A stretch of 64,000 bases of DNA from Macrostomum lignano (Eukaryota). This document shows, one piece after another, positions 23,538 to 34,600 of the stretch. The notes under the pieces were generated by a model. That model was given only the letters and a program-made list of their open reading frames with translations. It did not search any database and was not told the DNA's origin. The position numbers were made by a program, and so were the translations under genes. Numbering within the stretch: position 1 is the first letter of the stretch; each line of letters starts with the position of its first letter. The stretch is taken from positions 113,448-177,447 of the forward strand of contig NIVC01002405.1 of NCBI GenBank assembly GCA_002269645.1, given 5' to 3'.

Positions 23538-26500
23538 ACTAACTATGCCAACATGAAGAAGCTGGTATCTGATCTGGAATCCAAGATTCAGCATGTTTTA
23601 AAAGGTGAGTTTAAAATTTCTTAGTTAAAGTTGGGGAATTTGTTGCTAATTACACAGTTGCTAATTAACTTGGGCTCAACTAGGCGGAGGTGAAAAGGCT
23701 CGTGAGCGGCATCTGAGCCGTGGCAAGCTGCTGCCCAGAGACCGGATTGGCCACCTGCTGGATCCCGGATCTGCATTCCTTGAGCTGTCGCAGCTGGCAG
23801 GACACGAGCTCTATGGCAAAGAGGAGGTGCCAGCTGGTGGTATCATCACTGGCATCGGCCAGGTTAGTGGGTGAGTCAGCCTTGTTAACCTTATTCATCT
23901 GTCACTAATTTGTCAGACTGCCAGGCACTAATTGGTGTGATTTTCAAATGCTTTCACAGAGTCGAATGCGTGATAGTCGCCAATGACCCGACTGTGAAGG
24001 GCGGCTCCTACTACCCAATCACGGTGAAAAAACACCTGCGCGCCCAGGAAGTGGCTCGCCAGAATCGCCTGCCTTGCATTTATCTCGGTGAGTTTTTGAC
24101 TATTTTGACACAATTCTGGAACCATCCTGATTCTGAACTCTACTTCCGGTTCAATTCCGAAGTTGACTTAATTGCACCATTTCCCTCCAGTCCTATTCCA
24201 ACCTTTGCTTCCGGTTATATTCTAACCCCTACTTCCGGTCCCATTCTAACCTCTACTTCCGGTCCCATTCTGACCCCCACTTCTGCCCCCATTCTTACCT
24301 TTACTTCCGGTCCCATTCTTACCTTTACTTCCGGTCCCACCGTCCCATTCTGACCTCTACTTCCGGTCCCATTCTGACCTCTACTTCCGGTCCCATTCTG
24401 ACCTCTACTTCCGGTCCCATTCTGACCCCTACTTCTGGTCCCATTCTTACCTCTACTTCCAGTCCCATTATGACTTCTACTTCCGGTCAGTCACACCAAT
24501 GTTTTAATTTAAACTCAGATGTGCATTTTCTTGCTATTACCAGAGCAGATCCCAATTCCCACCCCGCCCTCAGTGGATTCCGGCGGCGCTAATCTGCCCA
24601 GGCAAGACGCAGTTTTCCCCGACCGGGACCATTTCGGCCGCATCTTCTACAACCAAGCCACCCTTTCCAGTCAGAACATTCCCCAGGTGGCTGTGGTCCT
24701 GGGCTCGTGCACCGCTGGCGGCGCCTACGTGCCCGCGATGGCTGATGAGAGCATCATTGTGCAAAAGCAAGGCACCATCTTCTTGGGAGGACCGCCGCTT
24801 GTAAGTCTGCCAGGCCTGCTTGCATCGCCTCCTAGGTTTTCCATTGATAATGGCCCATTGGGTCCACTTATCTTTTGAATAATGATGGCCTGTAATTTAT
24901 TTCTATAGCAGCTCTGAGAATCGCCCTCCAATCTCAATGAGAATCGCCCTCCAATCCCAATGAAAATCGCCCTCCAATCTCAATGAGAATCGCCCTCCAA
25001 TCCCATTAAGAATCGCCCTCCAATCTCAATGAGAATCGCCCTCCAATCTCAATGAGAATCGCCCTCCAATCCCATTAAGAATCGCCCTCCAATCTCAATG
25101 AGAATCGCCCTCCAATCCCATTAAGAATCGCCCTCCAATCTCAATGAGAATCGCCCTCCAAACTCAATGAGAATCGCCCTCCAATCCCAATGAAAATCGC
25201 CCTCCAATCTCATTGAGAATCGCGCTCCAAACTCATTGAGAATCGCGCTCCAATCCCAATGAGAATCGCCCTCCAATCTCATTAAGAATCGCCCTCCGAT
25301 CCCGCCATTGAAGGTGAAAGCTGCCACAGGCGAGGAAGTGTCGGCGGAAGCTCTGGGCGGCGCCGATCTGCACTGCCGGCAGTCGGGTGTCACGGACCAC
25401 TACGCCCAGGACGATGAGCACGCGTTGCACCTGGCTAGGCGGGTGGTGGCCCGGCTCAATCGGCCCGTGCAGCCCGCGACTCCCGCCTTCAGCGAGCCGC
25501 TGTATCCGGTGGATGAGATCTACGGCATTGTGGGAGGCAATCTGAAGCGGAATTTTGATATGTAAGTTCTGAGCCGCTGGTTACTGACTGCTCACTTAAT
25601 CAACGTAACTCTGCTGTAGTCTGTTAGTCACTGATAAATGGTCCGCACTGAATGCAAATAACTTTAGATTAACACAAATGTAAGGTCGTATCGGTCATTG
25701 TCTGTAAGATGGCATTGGCCACTGCCTGTAGGTGACATTGGTCACTGCCTGTAGGTGACATTGGTTACTGTCTGTAAGGTGGCATTGGTCACTGCCTGTA
25801 GGTGACATTGGTCACTGTCTATAAGGTGGCATTGGTCACTGCCTGTAGGTCACATCGGACACTGTCTGTAAGGTGGCATTGGTCACTGTAAGACTGTCTG
25901 TATTGTAGGTGACATTGGTCACTGTCTGTAAGATGACATTGGTCACTGTCTGTAAGGTGGCATTGGTCACTGTCAGACTCTCCGTATTGTAGGTGACATT
26001 GGTCACTGTCTGTAAGGTGGCATTGGTCACTGTCAATAAGGTGGCATTGGTCACTGTCTGTAAGGTGGCATTGGTCACTGTCTGTAAGGTGGCATTGGTC
26101 ACTGTCTGTAAGGTGGCATTGGTCACTGTCTGTAAGGTGGCATTGGTCACTGTCTGTAAGGTGGCATTGGTCACTGTCTATAAGGTGACATTGGTCACTG
26201 TCTGTAAGGTGGCATTGGTCACTGTCTGTAAGGTGGCATTGGTCACTGTCTGTAAGGTGGCATTGGTAACTGTCTGTAAGGTGGCATTGGTCACTGTCTG
26301 TAAGGTGGCATTGGTCACTGTCTGTAAGGTGGCATTGGTCACTGTCTATAAGGTGACATTGGTCACTGTCTGTAAGGTGGCATTGGTCACTGTCTGTAAG
26401 GTGCATTGGTCACTGAATCACTAGCAACTATGGTTGAATCCAAATAAAGTCGTATCGCTCAGCAGCCTCTCGCATTCGCCTCTGCAGTCGCGAGGTCATC

Positions 26501-27517
26501 GCCCGCGTTGTGGACGGCAGCGAGCTTGACGAATTCAAAGCCATGTACGGCGAAACCCTCGTCTGCTGCTTCGCGAGCATTCACGGCCGCACGGTGGGCA
26601 TTCTGGGAAACAATGGAGTGCTGTTTAGCGAGTCCGCTGTTAAGGTGAGGTTGCGCTTGGCTCATTTCTGAATAAACTCTATTCGTAGATTAAGGTTAAT
26701 CTACTTTTTATGGGTATGTTCTATGGGTATATTCTGTGTGTTTGGGGACATGGGTGTTTTGTGGTCGGTGTAGAGGGTTCTTGATGGAGGTAACTGGATT
26801 TTTTGGGAAGAGTATGGGCATTTTTAAGAAGGCCGTATGCATGTTGGTGAAGGCTATGTGCATTTTGGGGAAGGGATGTGCATTTTGGGGGAGACTATGT
26901 GCATGTTGGGGAAGGGGATGTGCATTTTGGGGGAGACTATGTGCATGTTGGGGAAGGGGATGTGCATTTTGGGGGAGACTATGTGCATGTTGGGGAAGGG
27001 GATGTGCATTTTGGGGGAGACTATGTGCATGTTGGGGAAGGGGATGTGCATTTTGGGGGAGGCTATGTACATTTTGGGGGAGGCTATGTGCATTTTGGGG
27101 GAGACTATGTACATTTTGGGGGAGGCTATGTGCATTTTGGGGGAGACTATGTGCATGTTGGGGAAGGGGATGTGCATTTTGGGGGAGACTATGTGCATGT
27201 TAGGGAAGGGGATGTGCATTTTGGGGGAGGCTATGTACATTTTGGGGGAGACTATGTACATTTTGGGGGAGGCTATGTGCATTTTGGGGGAGACTATGTG
27301 CATGTTGGGGAAGGGGATGTGCATTTTGGGGGAAACTATGTGCATGTTGGGGAAGGGGATGTGCATTTTGGGGGAGGCTATGTACATTTTGGGGGAGGCT
27401 ATGTGCATTTTGGCAAGGCAATCTGCAGAGGCTGCAGCAGGCAGGATTCTCACGCCTCGCAACCGGCCGCCACCCGAGCAGGGCGCGCACTTCATCCAGC
27501 TGTGCTGCCAGCGCGGC

Positions 27518-27549
<32 letters not shown>

Positions 27550-28893
27550 CTTCATGGTTGGCCGCGAGGCCGAAGCTGGCGGCATCGCCAAGCATGGAGC
27601 GAAGCTGGTGACCGCCGTGGCCTGCGCCCGGGTGCCCAAGATCACCCTGATTGTCGGAGGCAGCTACGGCGCCGGCAACTACGGCATGTGCGGCCGCGCC
27701 TACGACCCCCGCTTCCTGTTCATGTGGCCCAACTCGCGTATCAGCGTTATGGGCGGCGAGCAGGCCGCCAATGTGCTGGACCAGATCCAGCGGGAGCAGC
27801 GGCAGAGGGAGGGCCGCGACTGGACCGAGGCGGAGTCCAGGTGCGAGTTATCCTCATTCGCCCCGTTCACCGATTCACCAGTTCACCCCGTTCACTAATT
27901 CACCAGTTCACCCCTTTACATCGATTCACCAGTTCACCCCTTTACATCGATTCACCAGTTCACCCCTTTACATCGATTCGCCACACTTCACCCATTTTAC
28001 CGAGTCACCAATTCATCCCGTTCACAGATTCACCAGCTCACCCGTTCACAGATTCACCAGCTCACCCGTTCACAGATTCACCAGTTCACCCGTTCACAGA
28101 TTCACCAGTTCACCCGTTCACAGAATCACCCGTTCACAGATTCACCAGTTCACCCCTTTTACATCGATTCACCAGTTCACCCCTTTACATCGATTCGCCA
28201 CACTTCACCCATTTTACCGAGTCACCAATTCATCCCTTTCACAGATTCACCCGTTTACCCGTTCACAGATTCACCAGTTTACCCGTTCACAGATTCACCA
28301 GTTCACCCCGTTCACAGATTCACCAGTTCACCCCGCTCACAAATTCACATGTTAAAATATCAGAGCGTTTAACATTTCAATAGTTTACGGTTTACTACGC
28401 TCACTGATTCACTCGTTCACCACTTTCACAAATTCACCTGTTCACAGCTTAATTATTTCACCAATTACGCTGGAACAGCTACGGCAGAAATGCACGCCAT
28501 TCAACTAATTCGCTAGTTTAAATTAATTTCACACAGCTGTTAAACAGCAAATCACAGATGATCACAAATGTACATTTAGTTACTATCCACATTCACTACA
28601 TTCACCGCTTCACAGAGCTATTGAACTTCTCACATTTACAGTTCAATTCACATTCGAGCTTGAGTACACTGTTCACATTCACGACAGTGTATACTATCAC
28701 AACTCGCAGAGCCCTTCGCGAGCCGGTGCTGGCCAAGTACGAGCAGGAGGGCCACCCCTACTACAGCTCGGCCAGGCTGTGGGATGACGGCATCCTGGAT
28801 CCTCAGCAGACCCGCTCCGTGCTGGCGCTGGCCCTGTCCGCGGCCGCGAACTCGCCAACTGAGGCCACTCGGTTTGGCGTCTTCCGCATGTAG
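23538..28893 (+). CDS. MCCC2: Methylcrotonoyl-CoA carboxylase beta chain (carboxyltransferase); the 5' exon with the mitochondrial presequence was not located
   Basis: Exons 23538-23604, 23684-23870, 23960-24087, 24574-24800, 25314-25561, 26488-26644, 27482-27840, 28710-28893; 518 aa. Motifs [85 protein letters not shown]-terminus FGVFRM*. Confidence 0.97.
24215..24490. repeat. 24-bp minisatellite (CCCATTCTGACCTCTACTTCCGGT), MCCC2 intron
   Basis: Tandem unit read directly. Confidence 0.93.
24915..25300. repeat. 23-bp minisatellite (GAGAATCGCCCTCCAATCTCAAT), ~17 copies, MCCC2 intron
   Basis: Direct; ends ~13 nt before the acceptor. Confidence 0.95.
25700..26412. repeat. 24-bp minisatellite (GGCATTGGTCACTGTCTGTAAGGT), MCCC2 intron
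   Basis: Direct; source of the HLTDSDQC-repeat ORF. Confidence 0.95.
26865..27415. repeat. 42-bp (2 x 21) G-rich minisatellite (CATTTTGGGGGAGACTATGTGCATGTTGGGGAAGGGGATGTG), MCCC2 intron
   Basis: Tandem unit read directly. Confidence 0.94.
27860..28345. repeat. Degenerate ~20-30-bp minisatellite (CACCCGTTCACAGATTCACCAGTT), last MCCC2 intron
   Basis: Tandem unit read directly. Confidence 0.9.
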
Positions 28894-29569
28894 CCACCGC
28901 CTTACTAAGGAAATCTCGTGTAGCAGCCGATATGTATCGAAAATCAATTTTGCTGGCGTCGGTTTTCAAAACAATTAATTAAACTTCCATTGTGCATTAA
29001 AGATTGTTTCAATTTGTTGTTAGTAGCGATTTCTTACATCACCGATATGTATCGAAAGAATTATTTGCTTGCCAAGAAGTTACTCTGCGTTGCAGGTTCA
29101 TTCAGTTTAAGTCAGTGTACCCTTATAGTAATCTTATTATTCTTATTAGATATTAGATTATAATTGTGCGCGCTAATCCTCTAGTACATTCAAGATTAGT
29201 TGGAAAAATCGATCAAGTTAGCATTGCGTTTCAATTCGTTTGTTCGCGTCTTGGTTAGTGTGTATAAGTACATATAATAAAAGTACATTCTGCCTGCTAG
29301 GCAAAAATAAACATTTACCGGCCAGGTTTCTGAGAAATTATTAATTAGCTGATCTCGGCATTCCACACCAAACTATATTTGAATTGTTTTGAGCATGAAT
29401 TTGATGTTTTTTTAATGCTCATATTCTACTTTTGAGTAGTACCTCACGTATGGCGTTTGTAGCTTGAATTCAGCATAAACTAACATCTGGTACCGGAATT
29501 GAGGACTCGGAACAGGGACTCTTGGATTGAAGTCTGTATCTTCGGGTGGGAAATCGGGTCAGGAACTGG

Positions 29570-29778
29570 GATCTTTTGCTTGGGAGTCGGGATAAGGAAC
29601 TGGGATCTATTGCTTGGGAGTCGGGATAAGGAACTGGGATCTATTGCTTGGGAGTCGGGATCAGGAACTGGGATCTTTTGCTTGGGAGTCGGGATCAGGA
29701 ACTGGGATCTTTTGCTTGTTTTCGGGATCAGGAACTGGGATCTATTGCTTGTAATCCGGATCAGGAACTGGGATCTAT
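29570..29778. repeat. ~31-bp minisatellite (GGGATCAGGAACTGGGATCTTTTGCTTGGGA)
   Basis: Tandem unit read directly. Confidence 0.88.
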
Positions 29779-29923
29779 GATAAGAAATCTGAAAACTGGT
29801 TAAACTAGTATTTGGCCTAAGTTCCTAAAATTTCCAAAAAATCATGCCTACATTTTTCCTAGAAACCACCATCTGAGACACAAACGTGCATTTAACACCT
29901 GCTCCCCAACCTCGCTGCGCCAG

Positions 29924-30679
29924 AATCCCCCAGCCCAGCCGCTGCGGCCCCCAGACTGGCTGGCAGAGTCTGACCGCCTGTCCGCCGTTCTCGACCAGTG
30001 GCGCCGCTCGCTGCCCCCGCCGCCGCCGCGGCCTCCGACTTTGTCGCCGACATTGCCGGAGCTTCGGGCCCGACTTTGCCGCCTGCGAGACCTCCTAAAC
30101 GAAGCCCGCTCAGCGCTGTTGCAGGCTGCCGCCTCCCTGACGTCGCCAGCGGACGAGGCGGCTTTGGCCCGCCTTCGAGCCGAGCTGGACGCGGAGCGGC
30201 GCTGGCTGACCGCCCCCGGCCTGCTCGCCGGCGCCCGCCGGAAGCTCCGCCAACGGGCCAAGCTTCGCCGGCTTCACCGACAGCGGCGGGAGCGGCGGGC
30301 TGAGGCTCTGGCCGACGTCGAAGCTGCTCTGGCGGTCGCTGATGCGGGCGATGACGCAGCCTTGACTGCTGAGCCGGCGCAGCCAGCTTCCGTGGAGTCC
30401 GAACGGCAGGCTTCATCGGCTCTGTCGCCGCGGCGCCGCCAACTGCGCCGGCTGGCTGCGGACCGCCTGGCCGCCCTGTCGGACCTCCTGCCGGCGGCCC
30501 GGGAGCTGCGCCGCCTCCGCTGTCTGGAAGCGGCCAGACGGCGGCCCGCTGCGGCCGCAGCTGCAGCAGAGATCGGCGCCGAAAGCGAAGCGGACGAGGC
30601 CGACTGGGCAGCGGCGGCGCGGCGGCTCGAAGAGCTTCGATGCCAGCTGACGCAGATGCAGCCTTCGTCGACGAGCTGA
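29924..30679 (+). CDS. PDCD7: PDCD7 (U11/U12 snRNP 59K)-like Arg/Ala-rich coiled-coil protein; no in-frame ATG in the open frame
   Basis: GC-rich open frame NPPAQPLRPPDWL...PTLPELRARL...LRAELDAERRWLTAPGLLAGARRKL...ARELRRLRCLEAARRR. From memory this resembles PDCD7 (...EVRARL...LRAELAERLQPLTQAAYVGEARRRL...LEKLRKLRKEAAARKG). Candidate acceptor CTCGCTGCGCCAG ends at 29923. Similarity judged by eye, not searched. Confidence 0.55.
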   Translation, partial: NPPAQPLRPPDWLAESDRLSAVLDQWRRSLPPPPPRPPTLSPTLPELRARLCRLRDLLNEARSALLQAAASLTSPADEAALARLRAELDAERRWLTAPGLLAGARRKLRQRAKLRRLHRQRRERRAEALADVEAALAVADAGDDAALTAEPAQPASVESERQASSALSPRRRQLRRLAADRLAALSDLLPAARELRRLRCLEAARRRPAAAAAAAEIGAESEADEADWAAAARRLEELRCQLTQMQPSSTS

Positions 30680-30734
30680 ACTGTTCGACACTCGCGTCAT
30701 CTTATTCCGCTAAATATTTTTGTTGGTTTGTTAG

Positions 30735-30990
30735 AACCCCGCAAGTTAAGCAGAGTTGGCCGCGGTTAGTACGCAGCTGAGAGGCTGTTTTCCCCTTAAG
30801 CGAGTGGCATATGAGGCTGAGCTTCAGAGTTCACCCTGCTGTGCTGTGATTGGGCAGCTCTGAGCTGCGGTAGGAATACAGAGTGACAGGCCAGATGTAC
30901 GAGCGTATGTAGAATCTACCATGTGACCTCGGGGCAGAGGAGGATAGAGAAGAGAGAGAGAATAGAAGAGAAAATAGAAAGAAAGCTGAG
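30735..30990 (+). mobile_element. 5S rRNA-derived SINE-like element (SINE3-type head), GA-rich 3' tail
   Basis: AGTTAAGCAGAGTTGGCCGCGGTTAGTACGCAGCTGAGAG resembles the 5S internal control region AGCTAAGCAGGGTCGGGCCTGGTTAGTACTTGGATGGGAG. It is followed by GCTTCAGAGTTCACCCTGCTGT (30821-30842), shared with the tRNA-SINE. The 5' and 3' ends of 5S are missing. Confidence 0.6.
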
Positions 30991-31610
30991 AAGACAAACC
31001 TCAAACCCCAGAGTTTGCCAACCTGGTTAGTTTTGGCAGTCAATTGTCGTAGACCCCATCTGCAGAGGGTGAACCACTAACCATTTTGCCACCTTGTCAA
31101 ACATATTCCTGTATCTTGCAAATGCATTTTGAAATTGGGTTTTTAATGACAAAAACACGATCATAGTTTTCGATGCCTACGTGTTTTATCCAATTCGACA
31201 TACGCACGAAATATATTGAAAGTGCTTCTGCACCTCATCATGTACTTTTGCACTAGTTCGCACGAAATACGCGAAATAATACGGCTAGTTACTGCTGCAA
31301 ACTTCCCCTAGGCCTAGAGAACTGATTAGCTGGCATAAAAATTCTTTCAATTAAATATCAATTAGGTTTTCGCAATCGCCAGACAAATCGATCAGATCGG
31401 CTGGCGAGGCTGGCGTTTGCGGCGCCTTTGATGCGGCAGGTAGCGGCTGACAGGCCAGCAGTCGGAGTAACAGGCGCCTCAGCCGCCTCTCCCTGCACTG
31501 GCCGCGGACCGGCAGGAACCAGACGATGCGCTTGTGCGCCAGGCAGCGGCGCCGCGCCCGCTGCCACCACCAGCTGGAGCTGTGGGCCGACAGCGCGCCG
31601 GTCGGGTCTC

Positions 31611-34600
31611 TCAGTGCCGACGGCGACGCAATCGCTGTTCTCGTCGACTCTGTGGATGAAGACGTGGGCCGAGTCTGACCGGTGCTGGCTGCCGGGGTAC
31701 CGGTGATTGCTCCGATTGAAGCACCGGTGCTGGCTGCCGGGGTACCGGTGATTGCTCCGATTGAAGCACCGGTGCTGGCTGCCGGGGTACCGGTGATTTC
31801 TCCGATTGAAGCACCGGTGCTGGCTGCCGGGGTACCGGTGATTGCTCCGATTGAAGCACCGGTGCTGGCTGCCGGGGTACCGGTGATTTCTCCGATTGAA
31901 GCACCGGTGCTGATGCCGTGGCCGCCGCGGCTGCAACGCGAGCTGCGAGAGCTGGCAATTGCGTCTATAAAATTGGCACCATGAAAAACATAAACAGATG
32001 ACTGCAGTAGTTGGCCTTCAGAGCATGCAGATCCGCGGTACCAACCAATTCTTGGCCCCTTCAATAGTTTCCGTAAAATGCGTTTCCCTGTGGTGAACCG
32101 CTACCTTAATGCTATGCTAAAATGTGTGCGTACTCGTTGGATCAGCAGAATGGGCATGACTGCTTGCCTGCTTTGATTTACAACAGTTCCTAAAGCCCCC
32201 TGCAAACTACCGCGATGGGCCTTCCAACTGAAATTGTCTAGTAAGTCGGCCACAGGCCGGCACGCACCGCCGCTGTCACTAATCAACGATCGCAACCGTT
32301 TAATGGAGCTTTCGCAGCCTTCGCCGCCACCGCTGCGGCCTTGGCCTCTTCCGCTACTGAGAGACATTTGCTGAATGCATTCGGTCAACGTTCGGCTGGA
32401 GTGACTCCTCTGCGACGGCCGAGGAGTCGTCGGCGGTGGTGATGAAGGTGGTGGTGTTGGGGCAGGATGAGGTGGAGACAACGGAGGCGGCGCCGCAGTC
32501 AAAGGAGGCGCTCTGGTGCCACTGGTCATTGTCGACCCTGAGCCGCATTGGGCGGCCATGCTGCGACTCAACGTTTGGCTTTGCTGCTCAGCCGCTGCTG
32601 CTGCCGATCCTGACGATGCCGCATGCGGCGAGCCTGCGGGTTGGCGGCGAGGGCGACACTAAGCCTCTCTGTTTATCGTCATTCTGAGCTTGCAACTGGC
32701 AAATTAGAGTCGGTGGACTATTACATGTTGGTTGCAAAACGCTAAAATTGTCCTTAACAATACAATAAATTACGGTAACACCTTGTTGACAGTTTCATAA
32801 AACAGGAATGTGGCAAAAGTGCCACTGGACTGATCTGAGGTTGCTTGGGCACGTTGGTTATTTCTTATGTATGAACCTCATTGATTGCTCGTCCTCGCGT
32901 GTACGTGTATCGTGTACTAATGTACGTCGTACCTATTAAATATATATACGCGTGCGCTGACTAGCAGTCGCTCAAGCTTTCTCGTAAGTCGTAAAGTTCT
33001 GACTTACTTAACCAGTGGAGTTCGCGTGAGATATTACAAGTAACTTCCACATTCCTTAAGCCGTAATTATGTGCTGCACTGCTCTGCTGGCTTTGCCGAT
33101 TGGGCCGTGTTATGTAAGACCAATATACCATCGGGTTATCCCTTCTCTTTTATCCAAAGGGGATTTTCCCCATCTTTCTCATCTTCAAAGTCCCATCTCT
33201 AGTTCCCCTTCTCCTCGGCCCACCACGCTGTCATGCAGTCGCCTCTAGACCTAAAGTGTTTTCACGCGAGTGGGGTGGCGAGTGCAGCAGAGGGACACTA
33301 GCGTTGCCTCAACTCTAATTTGAGAATTGTCGCAGTACAATACAAACAAATCAACGCGTTCACCCAAGGAATAGTTGGCTATAAGCTACTATCAGTAGGC
33401 AACGTCAGTTTGAATCCTTATTGTATGTCTTTACTCACAGAGCCCGAGCCTTGCATTCCGGTTGCTGCTGGCGGTGGTTCGGCCGCCGTGCAGCCACCAG
33501 CGACCATCTACGACTCCGCAGTTGGCCGCACCTCCGCCACTCTTAGCTGCAGCTCCGGCATTTGCGCTGCCTGTGGAAGCTTCGCCTTCGATCTCGTCTC
33601 TTTCGCTCTCACTAAAGTACATGCTGATCCTGTCCTGTGAAGGTGGCAGTGACGCAATAGGAGCTATTGTGACGGCAGCGGTGGCTTCTGCTTGGCGTTG
33701 ATCTCGGTGCGATGATGTCGCCTTGGCTGGAGGCGTTTTCGGCTTCAATGTCCCCATCGTCGACGACGGACCTCTGGCGAGTGGATCCTCATCAAGCTGC
33801 TGCAGCCGTCTGTCCAGCAATCTGGTAGAGTTTGAGAAGACAAGTGGAAGAGAACGAGTCAGGTGGATCAGTGGGATGAAGCTTAATTTGGCTGCCGCGA
33901 TCAGGTAGACAGATTGATTCAGCAGGGCATCAGATTTCTACCAAGAGCCAGCATTTATTTGCTCAGCCCTAGAGAAGCAGCTGTGTCGACAAACAGTCTC
34001 AATTGTCAATTTTAAAGAAGACCACTTGCAGATGCTCAGCACGGAACTCATAATCAACCCCGCATTAATCATTGATCCATCTTCTGATGCTCTATTTATG
34101 CAGAATGGCGAAAATGTTGGATTTTTATCCCAGTTTGACTGGATTTTCGTGATTAAAATGTCAAAACCAAAGTCGAGCTCGTCGTGCCCCGCATATTTAA
34201 TTTGGCTGCTCGGTTCATTTAGACTGACTTATTCTTGAAAATTTAACTGACAGCTAGACTTAAATGATCCAGTAGTTTCAGCAATTATCCTGACATGGCA
34301 ATCTACATGTAAGACAGACATGACAAGATGTCTTAAAGGAGTGAGTAGGACATGGCAAGATGTCTAAGGAGTGAGTAGGACATGGCAAGATGTCTAAGGA
34401 GTGAGTAGGATATGGCAAGATGTCTAAGGAGTGAGTAGGACATGGCAAGATGTCTAAGGAGTGAGTAGGATATGGCAAGATGTCTAAGGAGTGAGTAGGA
34501 CATGGCAAGATGTCTAAGGAGTGAGTAGGGCATGGCAAGATGTCTTCGAAGGAGTGAGTAGGACATGGCAAGATGTCTAAGGAGTGAGTAGGACATGGCA

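Noticed and set aside
25819-28383. His/Asp-rich, Gly/His-rich and other repeat ORFs ([15 protein letters not shown], 501 aa)
   Set aside because: Intronic minisatellite translations within MCCC2.
31351-32064. 237-aa minus-strand ORF ending DLIDLSGD (SIM-like)
   Set aside because: The phase-0 donor at 32133 selects the other frame (stop at 31611); kept only as an alternative.
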